Shown one piece after another: positions 7,947-15,964 of a DNA stretch of 56,761 nucleotides. Position 1 is the first letter of the stretch. Each line of letters begins with the position of its first letter. Made by a program: the position numbers and the translations under genes. The notes under the pieces are model-generated. The model was not told where the DNA came from. It was given only the letters and a program-made list of their open reading frames with translations, and searched no databases. This DNA comes from Patescibacteria group bacterium (GTDB lineage: Bacteria; Patescibacteriota; Minisyncoccia; Minisyncoccales; DG-74-3). The DNA is taken from positions 1 to 56,761 of the forward strand of contig JBDRFX010000008.1 of the NCBI GenBank assembly GCA_043818355.1. Reading direction: 5' to 3'.

Positions 7947-9227
7947 ATGGAAAATAAAACAAATGGGTCTGAAGTTTATGATGTTGTCGTGATAGGAGGA
8001 GGTCCTTCTGGCATAATGGCAGCAGGAAGAGCTGCTGAATTGGGAGCTAAGGTTTTGCTTATAGAAAAAAATAGGAAATTAGGCAAAAAGCTTTTATTGA
8101 CCGGGAAAGGAAGATGCAACCTGACTCAGGCCGAATTTGATACAAGAAAATTTATTGAAAAATTTGGAAAAAAGGGGAGATTTTTATTCTCTCCACTTTC
8201 TATTTTTGGGATAAAAGAAACAATTGATTTTTTCGAAAAAAGAGGATTAAGAATTAAAATAGAAAGAGGGCAAAGGGCCTTTCCTGAAAATGACAAATCA
8301 GAAAGTGTTTTAAGTGTTTTAAAAAAATATTTAAGAGATAATGGAGTAGCTATTATGACAGGAGCTAAGGTTTTAAAGTTTAGAAAACAAAAAAATAATA
8401 TCAGAGGAGTTTTGCTGGCTCCTAAAAAAGAAATTTTGGCTAAGAATTTCATTATTGCTACAGGAGGTAAATCATATCCAGAAACTGGATCTACTGGATC
8501 TGGGATTCAGTGGGCTAAAACTCTTGGTCACAGTATTTCAGACCTAAGCCCGGTTTTAACCCCCATTGTGATTGATGACGCTTGGGTTAAAGACTTGAAG
8601 GGATTAGCTTTAAAAAATATTGAAATTTCTGTTATTCAAAAGAAAAAGAAAGAAGCTAAATTTTTTGGAGAAATGTTGTTTACTCACTTTGGAGTGTCAG
8701 GTCCTATTATACTAGACATGAGTAAGTTGGTCGGAAAGCTTTTAAAGAAAGGAGGAGTAGTTTTATCATTTGATTTAAAGCCAGCACTGGACGAACAAAA
8801 GCTAGATAAAAGGTTACAAAGAGATTTTATTAAATACAGTAAAAAAAGTTTTAATAATTCTCTTGACGACTTATTGCCCAAAAGAATGATTCCTGTAATT
8901 ATAAATCTTTCTGGTATAGATGAGAAAAAAAGAATTAGTGAAATTACCAAAGAAGAGAGGCAAAAATTAGTTAAATTGTTGAAAAATTTAAAGGTAAAAG
9001 TTAAGAAATTATGTGGATTTAAAATGGCTATTGTGACTTCTGGGGGAGTAAATCTTGACGAGATTGATTCAAGAAGTATGAAATCCAAGATAATCAATAA
9101 TTTATTTTTTGCAGGCGAAGTTATTGATTTAGATGGACCCACCGGAGGATATAATCTTCAGCTTTGCTGGACAACGGGATACGTAGCGGGAGAAAGCGCT
9201 GCTATTAGCGTTAACAAACACTTTTAG
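7947..9227 (+). CDS. NAD(P)/FAD-dependent oxidoreductase, HI0933/BaiN-like flavoprotein
   Basis: N-terminal VVVIGGGPSGIMAA Rossmann motif, GKGRCNLT, C-terminal FFAGEVIDLDGPTGGYNLQ. Confidence 0.82.
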   Translation: MENKTNGSEVYDVVVIGGGPSGIMAAGRAAELGAKVLLIEKNRKLGKKLLLTGKGRCNLTQAEFDTRKFIEKFGKKGRFLFSPLSIFGIKETIDFFEKRGLRIKIERGQRAFPENDKSESVLSVLKKYLRDNGVAIMTGAKVLKFRKQKNNIRGVLLAPKKEILAKNFIIATGGKSYPETGSTGSGIQWAKTLGHSISDLSPVLTPIVIDDAWVKDLKGLALKNIEISVIQKKKKEAKFFGEMLFTHFGVSGPIILDMSKLVGKLLKKGGVVLSFDLKPALDEQKLDKRLQRDFIKYSKKSFNNSLDDLLPKRMIPVIINLSGIDEKKRISEITKEERQKLVKLLKNLKVKVKKLCGFKMAIVTSGGVNLDEIDSRSMKSKIINNLFFAGEVIDLDGPTGGYNLQLCWTTGYVAGESAAISVNKHF

Positions 9228-9228
9228 T

Positions 9229-9257
9229 TTGATTTTTTAGCTTAAAAGTGTTATAAT
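9229..9257 (+). promoter_or_regulatory. Promoter TTGATT-N17-TATAAT with a TGn extended -10
   Basis: Hexamers and spacer read directly. TGT immediately precedes TATAAT. Confidence 0.55.
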
Positions 9258-9278
9258 AATTGTTATATTAATAATATT

Positions 9279-10451
9279 ATGAAAAAAATATTCCTAGGCA
9301 TTCTAATTGGCTTATTCCTGTGTTCTGGAATTGTTTTAGCTGAAGGCACAGGTGCGGAAATAAATATGTTTTATAGTGAAACCTGTCCTCATTGTCATGA
9401 TGAAAGGATATTTTTGGATAAATTAGAAGAAAAATATGATAATTTGATTGTTAATAGATACGATGTGGCCGATAAAGACAATATAGAATTATTAAAAAAA
9501 CTTTATGAAGAATATGAAGTTCCTGAAGATGAGTGGGGATTGGTACCTGTTACATTTTTAAAAGAAAAATATTTGGTTGGCTATGGTAGCGATGAAACCA
9601 CTGGAAAAGAAATCGAAACCTGTATTGAGGAGTGTTTAGTTCAAAAGGAGAATGAGAACGAATGGGTGGAAGCATCTTTGCAAAAGATAAAATTTCCATT
9701 TGTGGGAGAGGTTGAGGTTTCTAATTATTCTCCATTAATCCTAGCTGTTATATTTGGCGTTTTAGATGGATTTAACGCTTGCGCTATGGTTGCTTTGGGA
9801 TTTCTATTAAGCGTTTTAGTTGCTTCTGGAACAAGGAAAAGAATTATTCTTATTGGAGGAACATTTATTTTAGTTTCGGGGGCTGTATATTTTCTATTTA
9901 TATCAGCTTGGTTAAATTTGTTTTTAATTACTTTTAATATTGGACTCATTACTAATATAGTTTCATTGATTATTATCTTATCCGCTATTTTTATATTGAG
10001 AGATTATTTTACGGGAATCGTTTGTAAGTTGTGTGAAGTACCAACTGGAAAACAAGGATTGCTAGTTAGAATTCAAAGAAATCTTTTTATTAAAATGCAA
10101 GAATTTTCAGCTCAAGATTTTCCTTTGCCATTAGCTTTACTTGGGATTGCTGTTGTAGCTGCTGGGGTCAATATGGTGGAATTAGCCTGTTCTTTTGGGC
10201 TTCCTTTAGCTTTTACCAAAATATTGACTGGTTTGAATTTATCTAAAGCATCTTATTATTTTTATCTTTTAATCTATATTGTTTTTTATATGATTGATGA
10301 CTTTATTATCTTTTTAATTGCAGCATATACCTTAAAAACAACCCAAGCTTCAGAGAAGTACTTAAAGACAATTACTCTCATTTCTGGTATAATTCTCTTG
10401 TTTTTAGGACTTGCAATGTTATTAAAGCCAGAATTATTAATTCTTAATTAA
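9279..10451 (+). CDS. Fusion of an exported thioredoxin-fold domain (CPHC) with a polytopic DsbD/CcdA-like membrane domain
   Basis: Signal anchor and a CPHC redox motif. Membrane cysteines in DGFNACAM and VELACSFG, plus CKLC. Confidence 0.6.
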   Translation: MKKIFLGILIGLFLCSGIVLAEGTGAEINMFYSETCPHCHDERIFLDKLEEKYDNLIVNRYDVADKDNIELLKKLYEEYEVPEDEWGLVPVTFLKEKYLVGYGSDETTGKEIETCIEECLVQKENENEWVEASLQKIKFPFVGEVEVSNYSPLILAVIFGVLDGFNACAMVALGFLLSVLVASGTRKRIILIGGTFILVSGAVYFLFISAWLNLFLITFNIGLITNIVSLIIILSAIFILRDYFTGIVCKLCEVPTGKQGLLVRIQRNLFIKMQEFSAQDFPLPLALLGIAVVAAGVNMVELACSFGLPLAFTKILTGLNLSKASYYFYLLIYIVFYMIDDFIIFLIAAYTLKTTQASEKYLKTITLISGIILLFLGLAMLLKPELLILN

Positions 10452-10456
10452 ATATT

Positions 10457-11218
10457 ATGGAAGATTTTAAAAATAAGGTAGTGGTTATTACTGGCGCTAG
10501 AAGGGGAATGGGTAGAGTTGATGCTTTGCTCTTTGCTCAGAATGGTGCCAAAGTTGTTGTTTCTGACATTTCTCAAGAAGATTGCCAGGCAGTGGTTGAT
10601 GAGATTGAAAAGAAAGGAGGAGAGGCAATTGCTGTTAAGTGTGATGTTTCTCAGAAACAAGAAGTAGATAATTTATTCCAGAAAACAATTGAAAAATTTG
10701 GTCGGGTTGATGTTTTAGTTAATAATGCTGGTATCGCTGAATTTAAACCTTTTTTAGAAATAACCGAAGAAGAGTGGGACAGAACATTAGACATCAATCT
10801 TAAAGGATATTTCCTTTGTGCTCAGATTGCGGCTAAAAAGATGGCAAAGCAAAAATCTGGAGTAATTGTTAACATTGCTTCAATAGCTATGGGACAGGTT
10901 GGTGTTGGTTTTCCAAACATTGTTCATTATTGTGCTTCAAAAGGCGGTATTGCTGCAATGACCGAAGCCATGGCTTTGGAATTAGCCCCTTACAATATTA
11001 GAGTTAATGCTATTGCTCCTGGAATGATAGAGACTCCAATGGTTGATTCAATAAAGCAAGATCCTAAAGCAACGGAGGGAATATTAAACAGAATTCCTCT
11101 TGGTCGAATGGGAAAGCCAGAAGAAATAGCTGATTTAGTTGTATTTTTGGCTTCAGATAAAAGTTCTTATATCACTGGTTCAATTGTTGTGATTGACGGT
11201 GGTTGGTTAGCGGGATAA
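10457..11218 (+). CDS. Short-chain dehydrogenase/reductase (FabG-like)
   Basis: TGARRGMG, NNAG, YCASK catalytic motif. Confidence 0.9.
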   Translation: MEDFKNKVVVITGARRGMGRVDALLFAQNGAKVVVSDISQEDCQAVVDEIEKKGGEAIAVKCDVSQKQEVDNLFQKTIEKFGRVDVLVNNAGIAEFKPFLEITEEEWDRTLDINLKGYFLCAQIAAKKMAKQKSGVIVNIASIAMGQVGVGFPNIVHYCASKGGIAAMTEAMALELAPYNIRVNAIAPGMIETPMVDSIKQDPKATEGILNRIPLGRMGKPEEIADLVVFLASDKSSYITGSIVVIDGGWLAG

Positions 11219-11422
11219 ATGAAAAAGATTACTGAAAACACTAGTTTAATTGATATTTTAGAATATTCAGGCGCTGAGAAGATTTTGGCTAAACATAATG
11301 TTCCTTGCGTCACTTGTCCATTTGCCAAAATGGAAATGGATAAGCTTAAGATAGGGCAAATTTGTGAAATGTATGGAATTGACTTGGAGAAATTACTTTC
11401 TGACTTAAATAAGGGAAAATAG
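11219..11422 (+). CDS. DUF1858-like small redox-disulfide protein
   Basis: 67 aa with a CVTCP motif and a fold-typical C-terminal helix region. Confidence 0.55.
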   Translation: MKKITENTSLIDILEYSGAEKILAKHNVPCVTCPFAKMEMDKLKIGQICEMYGIDLEKLLSDLNKGK

Positions 11423-11545
11423 TAAAAAACTGATTTTGGGCTTGACGAACTCTTTTGCTTAAACTAAGTTTAAATAATGCATTAATAAGCATAAAACCCA
11501 TAAAAGGTCGTTCGGTTTATAAAAAAATTATAATATTACAATCAA

Positions 11546-11704
11546 ATGGAAGGATATTGCGTAAAGTGTAAAGCTAAAAGAGAAATGAAAGACGTTGAAG
11601 AAGTTGAAATGAACGGAAGGGGTGGAACAAAAAGACGAGCTGCCAAAGGTACTTGTCCTACATGTTCAACCAAGATGTTCAAGATTCTTGGAGCAGCAAA
11701 ATAA
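11546..11704 (+). CDS. 52-aa C4 zinc-ribbon micro-protein (MEGYCVKCKAK...GTCPTCSTKMFKILGAAK)
   Basis: ATG 11546 to TAA 11702-11704, CxxC...CxxC, followed by a terminator. The track instead lists only an antisense ORF (11542..11760). Confidence 0.5.
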   Translation: MEGYCVKCKAKREMKDVEEVEMNGRGGTKRRAAKGTCPTCSTKMFKILGAAK

Positions 11705-11752
11705 AAAGGCTGAGCATAGAATTCCCTAAAATATTCTAGAATATTTTGAAAA

Positions 11753-11781
11753 GCCACCATCTATAGATCGGTGGTTTTTTG
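11753..11781 (+). terminator. Intrinsic terminator GCCACC...GGTGG followed by TTTTTTG
   Basis: CCACC (11754-58) pairs with GGTGG (11770-74); T-run 11775-80. Confidence 0.65.
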
Positions 11782-11799
11782 TTGTGTTATACTATTAAA

Positions 11800-12660
11800 A
11801 TGAATCTAAAAACAAAAGCGAAGCTTTTATTCCTTTTATTTTTTTTTAATCTCATTGCTTGGATGGTTGTTTTTGACTTATCGTCTAACAATTTAAAAGT
11901 TATTTTTTTTGATGTTGGACAGGGGGACGCTATATTTTTAGAAACACCCAATAATCATCAGATATTGGTTGACGGAGGACCAAACGCAAAAGTTTTAGAG
12001 GGACTGGGAAGAGCTATGCCTTTTTATGACAGAACTATAGACCTAGTTGTTTTAACTCATCCAGATCATGATCATACGGGAGGTTTAATGGAGGTTTTTG
12101 AAAGATATGAAGTAAAAAATATAATGTGGACAGGAGTTATAAAAGAGGGAAGCGAATTTGAAGAGTTGGGTAAAAGAATAAAAGAAGAGGGAAGTAATGT
12201 TATTGTGGCTCGGGCTGGGCAAAAAGTATTCTCTGGCAAAAAATTTGTTATGGAAACCCTTTATCCAATAGAGAATTTAGAAAATCAGGAATTTAAAGAT
12301 TATAACAAAACATCCATAGTAAACAGAGTATTGTTTGGTCAAAATGTTTTTTTGTTAACGGGGGACGCACCAAAAAGCATAGAAAATAGTCTTATGGCAG
12401 AAATGGATTTAAAAGCTGATGTTTTGAAATTAGGACACCATGGAAGCAAAAGTTCAACAAGTAAAGATTTTGTAGAAAATGTTAATCCTGAGATAGCGAT
12501 TGTGTCTTGTGGTAAGGATAACAAGTATAATCATCCACACCCTGAAGCTGTTGAGATTTTGAAAGAATATGGTATAAACATTCTAAGAACAGATGAAATT
12601 GGCGATATTAAAATTATCGCTGATGGTAATAAAATAATTAATCATTATGAAAAAAAATGA
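11800..12660 (+). CDS. Membrane-anchored ComEC/Rec2-type metallo-beta-lactamase domain protein
   Basis: GQGDA, HPDHDHTGG, LGHHGS motifs and an N-terminal TM. The ATG at 11800 is preferred over the track's TTG at 11779, which lies inside the upstream terminator. Confidence 0.75.
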   Translation: MNLKTKAKLLFLLFFFNLIAWMVVFDLSSNNLKVIFFDVGQGDAIFLETPNNHQILVDGGPNAKVLEGLGRAMPFYDRTIDLVVLTHPDHDHTGGLMEVFERYEVKNIMWTGVIKEGSEFEELGKRIKEEGSNVIVARAGQKVFSGKKFVMETLYPIENLENQEFKDYNKTSIVNRVLFGQNVFLLTGDAPKSIENSLMAEMDLKADVLKLGHHGSKSSTSKDFVENVNPEIAIVSCGKDNKYNHPHPEAVEILKEYGINILRTDEIGDIKIIADGNKIINHYEKK

Positions 12661-13736
12661 AAAACATTCAATTTCCTGTTTTCCAAACTAAAACAGAAGG
12701 AGTGACTCAAAGTTTTGATTTAATTTCTCCTCAAGAGAGAAAAGAATATTTTCAGGCTAAGGCTGGTCCAGAGATAGAAAAGATTCAACAATATCTGAAA
12801 GAGAATTCTTTTATTGCTTATTTACTAGGTAAGAAGAACGCTGGAAAGGGGACTTATGCAAAAATGTTTGCTGAGATTATTGGACAAGATTCAGTGAGTC
12901 ATTTTTCTGTGGGTGATATGATAAGAGATGTAGATCTTGAATTGGCTGATGAAAATAAAAAACTGGAATTAATTAAATACTTAAAGAGGAATTATAGGGG
13001 ATGGGTTCCTTTTGATAAGATAATGGATTTTTTAGAAAATAGAAGCACTAGAAACTTATTACCCAATGAACTCATTTTGACTCTTTTAAAAAGAGAAATA
13101 GAAAAACAAGATAAGAAGGCTATTTTCCTAGATGGTTTTCCAAGGAATTTAGATCAAGTTTCATTCTCTCTATTTTTTAGAGAACTGATTGGTTATAGAC
13201 AAGATCCAGACATTTTCGTTTTGATTGATGTTGCAGAAAACGTTATTGATGAAAGAATTAAATACAGAAGAATTTGTCCTGAATGTAAAACTTCTAGGAA
13301 TTTGAAATTATTGCCAACAAAGGAAATAGGATACGACGAAGAGAAAGATGAATTCTATTTATTATGTGATAGTGGGGAATGTGACAATGTTAAGATGGTT
13401 CAGAAAGAAGGGGATGAGTTGGGAATTGAAACCATTAGAGAGAGATTGATTACAGATGAAGAAATTATTGAAAAAGCATTTTCCCTATATGGCATTCCAA
13501 AGATTCTTTTGAGAAATTCAGTTCCTGTATCCCAGGCTAGAGAAGTCGTTGACAGCTATGAAATTACTCCTGAATATGTTTATCATTGGGATGAAGAAAA
13601 CAAAGAAGTTAAAGTTGAAGAAAAACCTTGGGAGGTCGTGGATGATTCTGGAGAGAATTCTTACAGCTTGTTACCACCACCAGTTGTTGTTTCTATGATT
13701 AAGCAAATGGCTGACATTATTTCTCAATTTGACTAG
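12657..13736 (+). CDS. Long adenylate-kinase-family paralogue with a C4 zinc LID and N- and C-terminal extensions
   Basis: P-loop GKKNAGKGT, LDGFPRNLDQ, LID CPECK...CDSGEC. 359 aa against about 190-230 for Adk. Confidence 0.6.
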   Translation: MKNIQFPVFQTKTEGVTQSFDLISPQERKEYFQAKAGPEIEKIQQYLKENSFIAYLLGKKNAGKGTYAKMFAEIIGQDSVSHFSVGDMIRDVDLELADENKKLELIKYLKRNYRGWVPFDKIMDFLENRSTRNLLPNELILTLLKREIEKQDKKAIFLDGFPRNLDQVSFSLFFRELIGYRQDPDIFVLIDVAENVIDERIKYRRICPECKTSRNLKLLPTKEIGYDEEKDEFYLLCDSGECDNVKMVQKEGDELGIETIRERLITDEEIIEKAFSLYGIPKILLRNSVPVSQAREVVDSYEITPEYVYHWDEENKEVKVEEKPWEVVDDSGENSYSLLPPPVVVSMIKQMADIISQFD

Positions 13737-13756
13737 ACCGCTTGGTTTGCTAAAAT
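13729..13756 (+). promoter_or_regulatory. Promoter TTGACT-N16-TAAAAT overlapping the stop of the preceding gene
   Basis: Hexamers read directly. The predicted start falls just before the long hairpin. Confidence 0.45.
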
Positions 13757-13762
13757 ATATCT

Positions 13763-13908
13763 GAGAGCTCCACAAAACTTTTGTATATTTTGGGACATTA
13801 GTAAATTTGTTGGGTAGTTGATTTGATTTATAGCGCGTGCGCTATAACTTAGATTACCCACTTTGGTTTTTTTCCCAAAAATATGTAGGGGTTGGTGGAG
13901 CTTTTTGT
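13763..13908 (+). ncRNA. Candidate ~145-nt structured RNA: extended four-helix hairpin ending in a U-tract
   Basis: Nested complementary arms: AGCTCCAC/GTGGAGCT, ATATTTTGGGA/TCCCAAAAATAT, TGGGTA/TACCCA, and apical TATAGCG-CGTG-CGCTATA. TTTTTGTTT follows. It lies between convergent genes. Confidence 0.4.
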
Positions 13909-13912
13909 TTGA

Positions 13913-13940
13913 ACAAAAAAACCGTTTAGAGACAGTTTTC
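13913..13940 (-). terminator. Terminator for the tRNA-Pro/rpmB transcript (minus strand AAAACTGT-CTCTAA-ACGGTTTT plus T-run)
   Basis: The stem has one G-U pair on the minus strand but a C-A mismatch on the plus strand. Confidence 0.5.
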
Positions 13941-13949
13941 TTTTTTTTG

Positions 13950-14021
13950 TCGGGGCGCCGAGAGTTGAACTCGGGTCGTAGGACCCCCAGCCCTATATAA
14001 TGGCCGTTATACTACGCCCCG
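13950..14021 (-). tRNA. tRNA-Pro (anticodon GGG); no encoded CCA
   Basis: Hand-folded cloverleaf. Acceptor CGGGGCG/CGCCCCG. Anticodon stem TAGGG/TCCTA with loop CTGGGGG. T-arm CCGAG-TTCAACT-CTCGG. Discriminator A. Confidence 0.85.
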
Positions 14022-14031
14022 CGTAATTCAA

Positions 14032-14250
14032 TTATTTTTCTTTGCCAATAGCTTTAATGCATTTAGTACAAGCTAAAATTCTTTTACCAGCGAATTCTTT
14101 GAAGAGAGGTTTTTTAATTTCAACTGGAATAGTGACCCATTGTAAATTGGGTTTTTGTCTTCCCGCCCTAACTGGATTATATTTTCCTCTTAGCTTATTG
14201 AGTTTATTCACTAAGTGGCTTCTTTTGTCACAAATTGTACAAGTTTTCAT
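14032..14250 (-). CDS. rpmB: 50S ribosomal protein L28 (zinc-ribbon C+ form)
   Basis: CxxC at the N-terminus, NLQ motif, CTKC at the C-terminus; 72 aa. Confidence 0.8.
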   Translation of the reverse strand: MKTCTICDKRSHLVNKLNKLRGKYNPVRAGRQKPNLQWVTIPVEIKKPLFKEFAGKRILACTKCIKAIGKEK

Positions 14251-14323
14251 AATAATGAGAATATCATATCAGAGTATTAATTTTTTTTCAATACATATTA
14301 ATGTTATAATATAAAATGAAATT

Positions 14324-14926
14324 ATGCTAATAACCTTTTTTACTCTTATTGTTTTATTATTTTCTATTATACTACATGAAATAGCTCATGGTAGCATGGC
14401 TCTTTCTTTGGGAGACGATACAGCAAAAAAGGCAGGTAGGTTAACTATTAATCCCATAGAACATCTAGACCCCATTGGTTCTGTTTTGCTTCCTTTGCTT
14501 TTATTTTTTATAACCTCTGGTAATGGTCCTATTATTGGATGGGCAAAACCTGTTCCAATTAATCCGAGTAACTTTAAAGATAAGAGATGGGGGAATTTGA
14601 AAGTTGCTTTAGCAGGCCCCATGGCTAATTTTTCAATAGCTATTTTGTTTGGATTAATAATGAGATTTTTTAATTTAAACTTTGCTCTTCTAAATTTTCT
14701 CAGCATTATTGTTATCTATAATTTATTTTTGGGTCTATTCAATTTGGTGCCCATTCCACCGCTAGATGGATCACATGTTTTATTTTCCCTCCTTCCCAAA
14801 AATACAGCTAAGCTAAGAGTTTTTTTAATAAAGAATAGGCTATTATTGCTCTTTTTGTTTATCTCTTTTGGGTTAGATATTTTATTCACTTTAGTTGTCA
14901 TTCTTTACAGTTTATTAGTCGGATGA
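14324..14926 (+). CDS. Site-2 protease family (M50-like) membrane metalloprotease, small form
   Basis: HEIAHG zinc motif in TM1 and a PLDG-containing distal TM (PIPPLDGSH). Confidence 0.75.
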   Translation: MLITFFTLIVLLFSIILHEIAHGSMALSLGDDTAKKAGRLTINPIEHLDPIGSVLLPLLLFFITSGNGPIIGWAKPVPINPSNFKDKRWGNLKVALAGPMANFSIAILFGLIMRFFNLNFALLNFLSIIVIYNLFLGLFNLVPIPPLDGSHVLFSLLPKNTAKLRVFLIKNRLLLLFLFISFGLDILFTLVVILYSLLVG

Positions 14927-14932
14927 TACAAT

Positions 14933-14961
14933 TTGACAATAATTTATTATTTTGTTAATGT
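14933..14961 (+). promoter_or_regulatory. Promoter TTGACA-N17-TAATGT for the str operon
   Basis: Consensus -35; exact 17-nt spacer. Confidence 0.5.
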
Positions 14962-15030
14962 GCATTATCAGTATTAAGTGTATTAAGTGTTTTTTGAGCA
15001 TTATTAAATGTTAAATATTGCCATATTACC

Positions 15031-15441
15031 GTGCCAACAATTAATCAAATAATTAAAAAAGGAAGAAAAAGTAACAAAAAGGGAGCCAAAACTCCTGCTT
15101 TGGATTTTAGTTTTAATGTTTTAAAAAATAGACCTCAACTTGCTCATACTCCATTCAAAAGAGGAGTGTGCACAAAAGTTTTCACAACTACTCCTAAAAA
15201 GCCTCACTCTGCTTTAAGAAAAGTTGCTAAGGTTAGACTTAGTAATGGCAGAGAGGTTACGGCCTATATACCGGGTGAAGGACATAACTTACAAGAAAAT
15301 TCAATAGTTCTTATTAGGGGAGGAAGAGTAAGAGACTTGCCTGGTGTAAGATATCATATAGTCAGAGGAACGCTTGATGCAGGAGGGGTTGAGAATAGAA
15401 AAAATAGTCGCTCTAAGTACGGAGTTAAAGCAGAGAAATAA
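15031..15441 (+). CDS. rpsL: 30S ribosomal protein S12 (GTG start)
   Basis: PTINQ, KKPNSALRK-like [18 protein letters not shown]. Confidence 0.96.
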   Translation: MPTINQIIKKGRKSNKKGAKTPALDFSFNVLKNRPQLAHTPFKRGVCTKVFTTTPKKPHSALRKVAKVRLSNGREVTAYIPGEGHNLQENSIVLIRGGRVRDLPGVRYHIVRGTLDAGGVENRKNSRSKYGVKAEK

Positions 15442-15442
15442 T

Positions 15443-15907
15443 ATGGCAAGAAAGAAAGAACCAAAAAGAAACATAGAACCTGACTTTGTTTACGATAACG
15501 TTAAACTTGCAAAATTCATTAATTACGTCATGAGGGGGGGCAAAAAAACTATAGCTAGAAAAATAGTTTACGGAGCCTTAGAAGAAATTAAAGAAAAGAT
15601 TAAAAAAGACCCTCTTGAGGTTTTTGAAACAGCTATTAAAAACGCTTCTCCTGACATAGAAATTCAATCAAAAAGAGTTGGTGGAGCTACTTATCAAGTT
15701 CCTGTTGACGTCAGAGAAGAAAGAAAGCAAGCCTTGGCCATGCGCTGGATTTTAAATGCAGCTCGAAGCGGGAAAGGAATGCCAATGAGCCAAAAACTTG
15801 CCAGAGAATTGATTGAAGCTTCAGAAAACAAGGGAACAGCCATTAGGAAGAAAGAAGACACAAGAAAAATGGCAGAAGCCAATAGAGCCTTTGCTAGAAT
15901 GAGATAA
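15443..15907 (+). CDS. rpsG: 30S ribosomal protein S7
   Basis: Conserved start MARKKE at ATG 15443. The track ORF starts upstream at 15374 and overlaps rpsL. Confidence 0.95.
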   Translation: MARKKEPKRNIEPDFVYDNVKLAKFINYVMRGGKKTIARKIVYGALEEIKEKIKKDPLEVFETAIKNASPDIEIQSKRVGGATYQVPVDVREERKQALAMRWILNAARSGKGMPMSQKLARELIEASENKGTAIRKKEDTRKMAEANRAFARMR

Positions 15908-15920
15908 ATCATTAACTACC

Positions 15921-15949
15921 ATACATGTTCTTTAGGGAACATGTATTTT
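15921..15949 (+). promoter_or_regulatory. Perfect 10-bp hairpin ATACATGTTC-TTTAGG-GAACATGTAT followed by TTT, between rpsG and fusA
   Basis: Arms are exact reverse complements; short T-run. Confidence 0.5.
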
Positions 15950-15964
15950 GAATATTAAAAAATT

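Noticed and set aside
11542-11760. ORF 11542..11760 (-)
   Set aside because: The + strand of the same region encodes a compact CxxC...CxxC zinc-ribbon micro-protein followed by a terminator, which is a better explanation.
13763-13908. The long hairpin considered as SRP (4.5S) RNA
   Set aside because: It lacks the conserved domain IV features (GGAA-type tetraloop with flanking AGCA/GGAAG symmetric-loop motifs), and the apical loop is CGTG on an AT-rich stem. It is kept only as an unclassified ncRNA candidate.
14042-14314. ORF 14042..14314 (+)
   Set aside because: It is antisense to the recognisable L28 gene (14032..14250, -), and its product is a hydrophobic, low-complexity mirror translation.
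14971-14990. Tandem 9-mer GTATTAAGT x2 in the rpsL leader
   Set aside because: There are only two copies, in an AT-rich leader, with no supporting structure or second occurrence. It may be chance.
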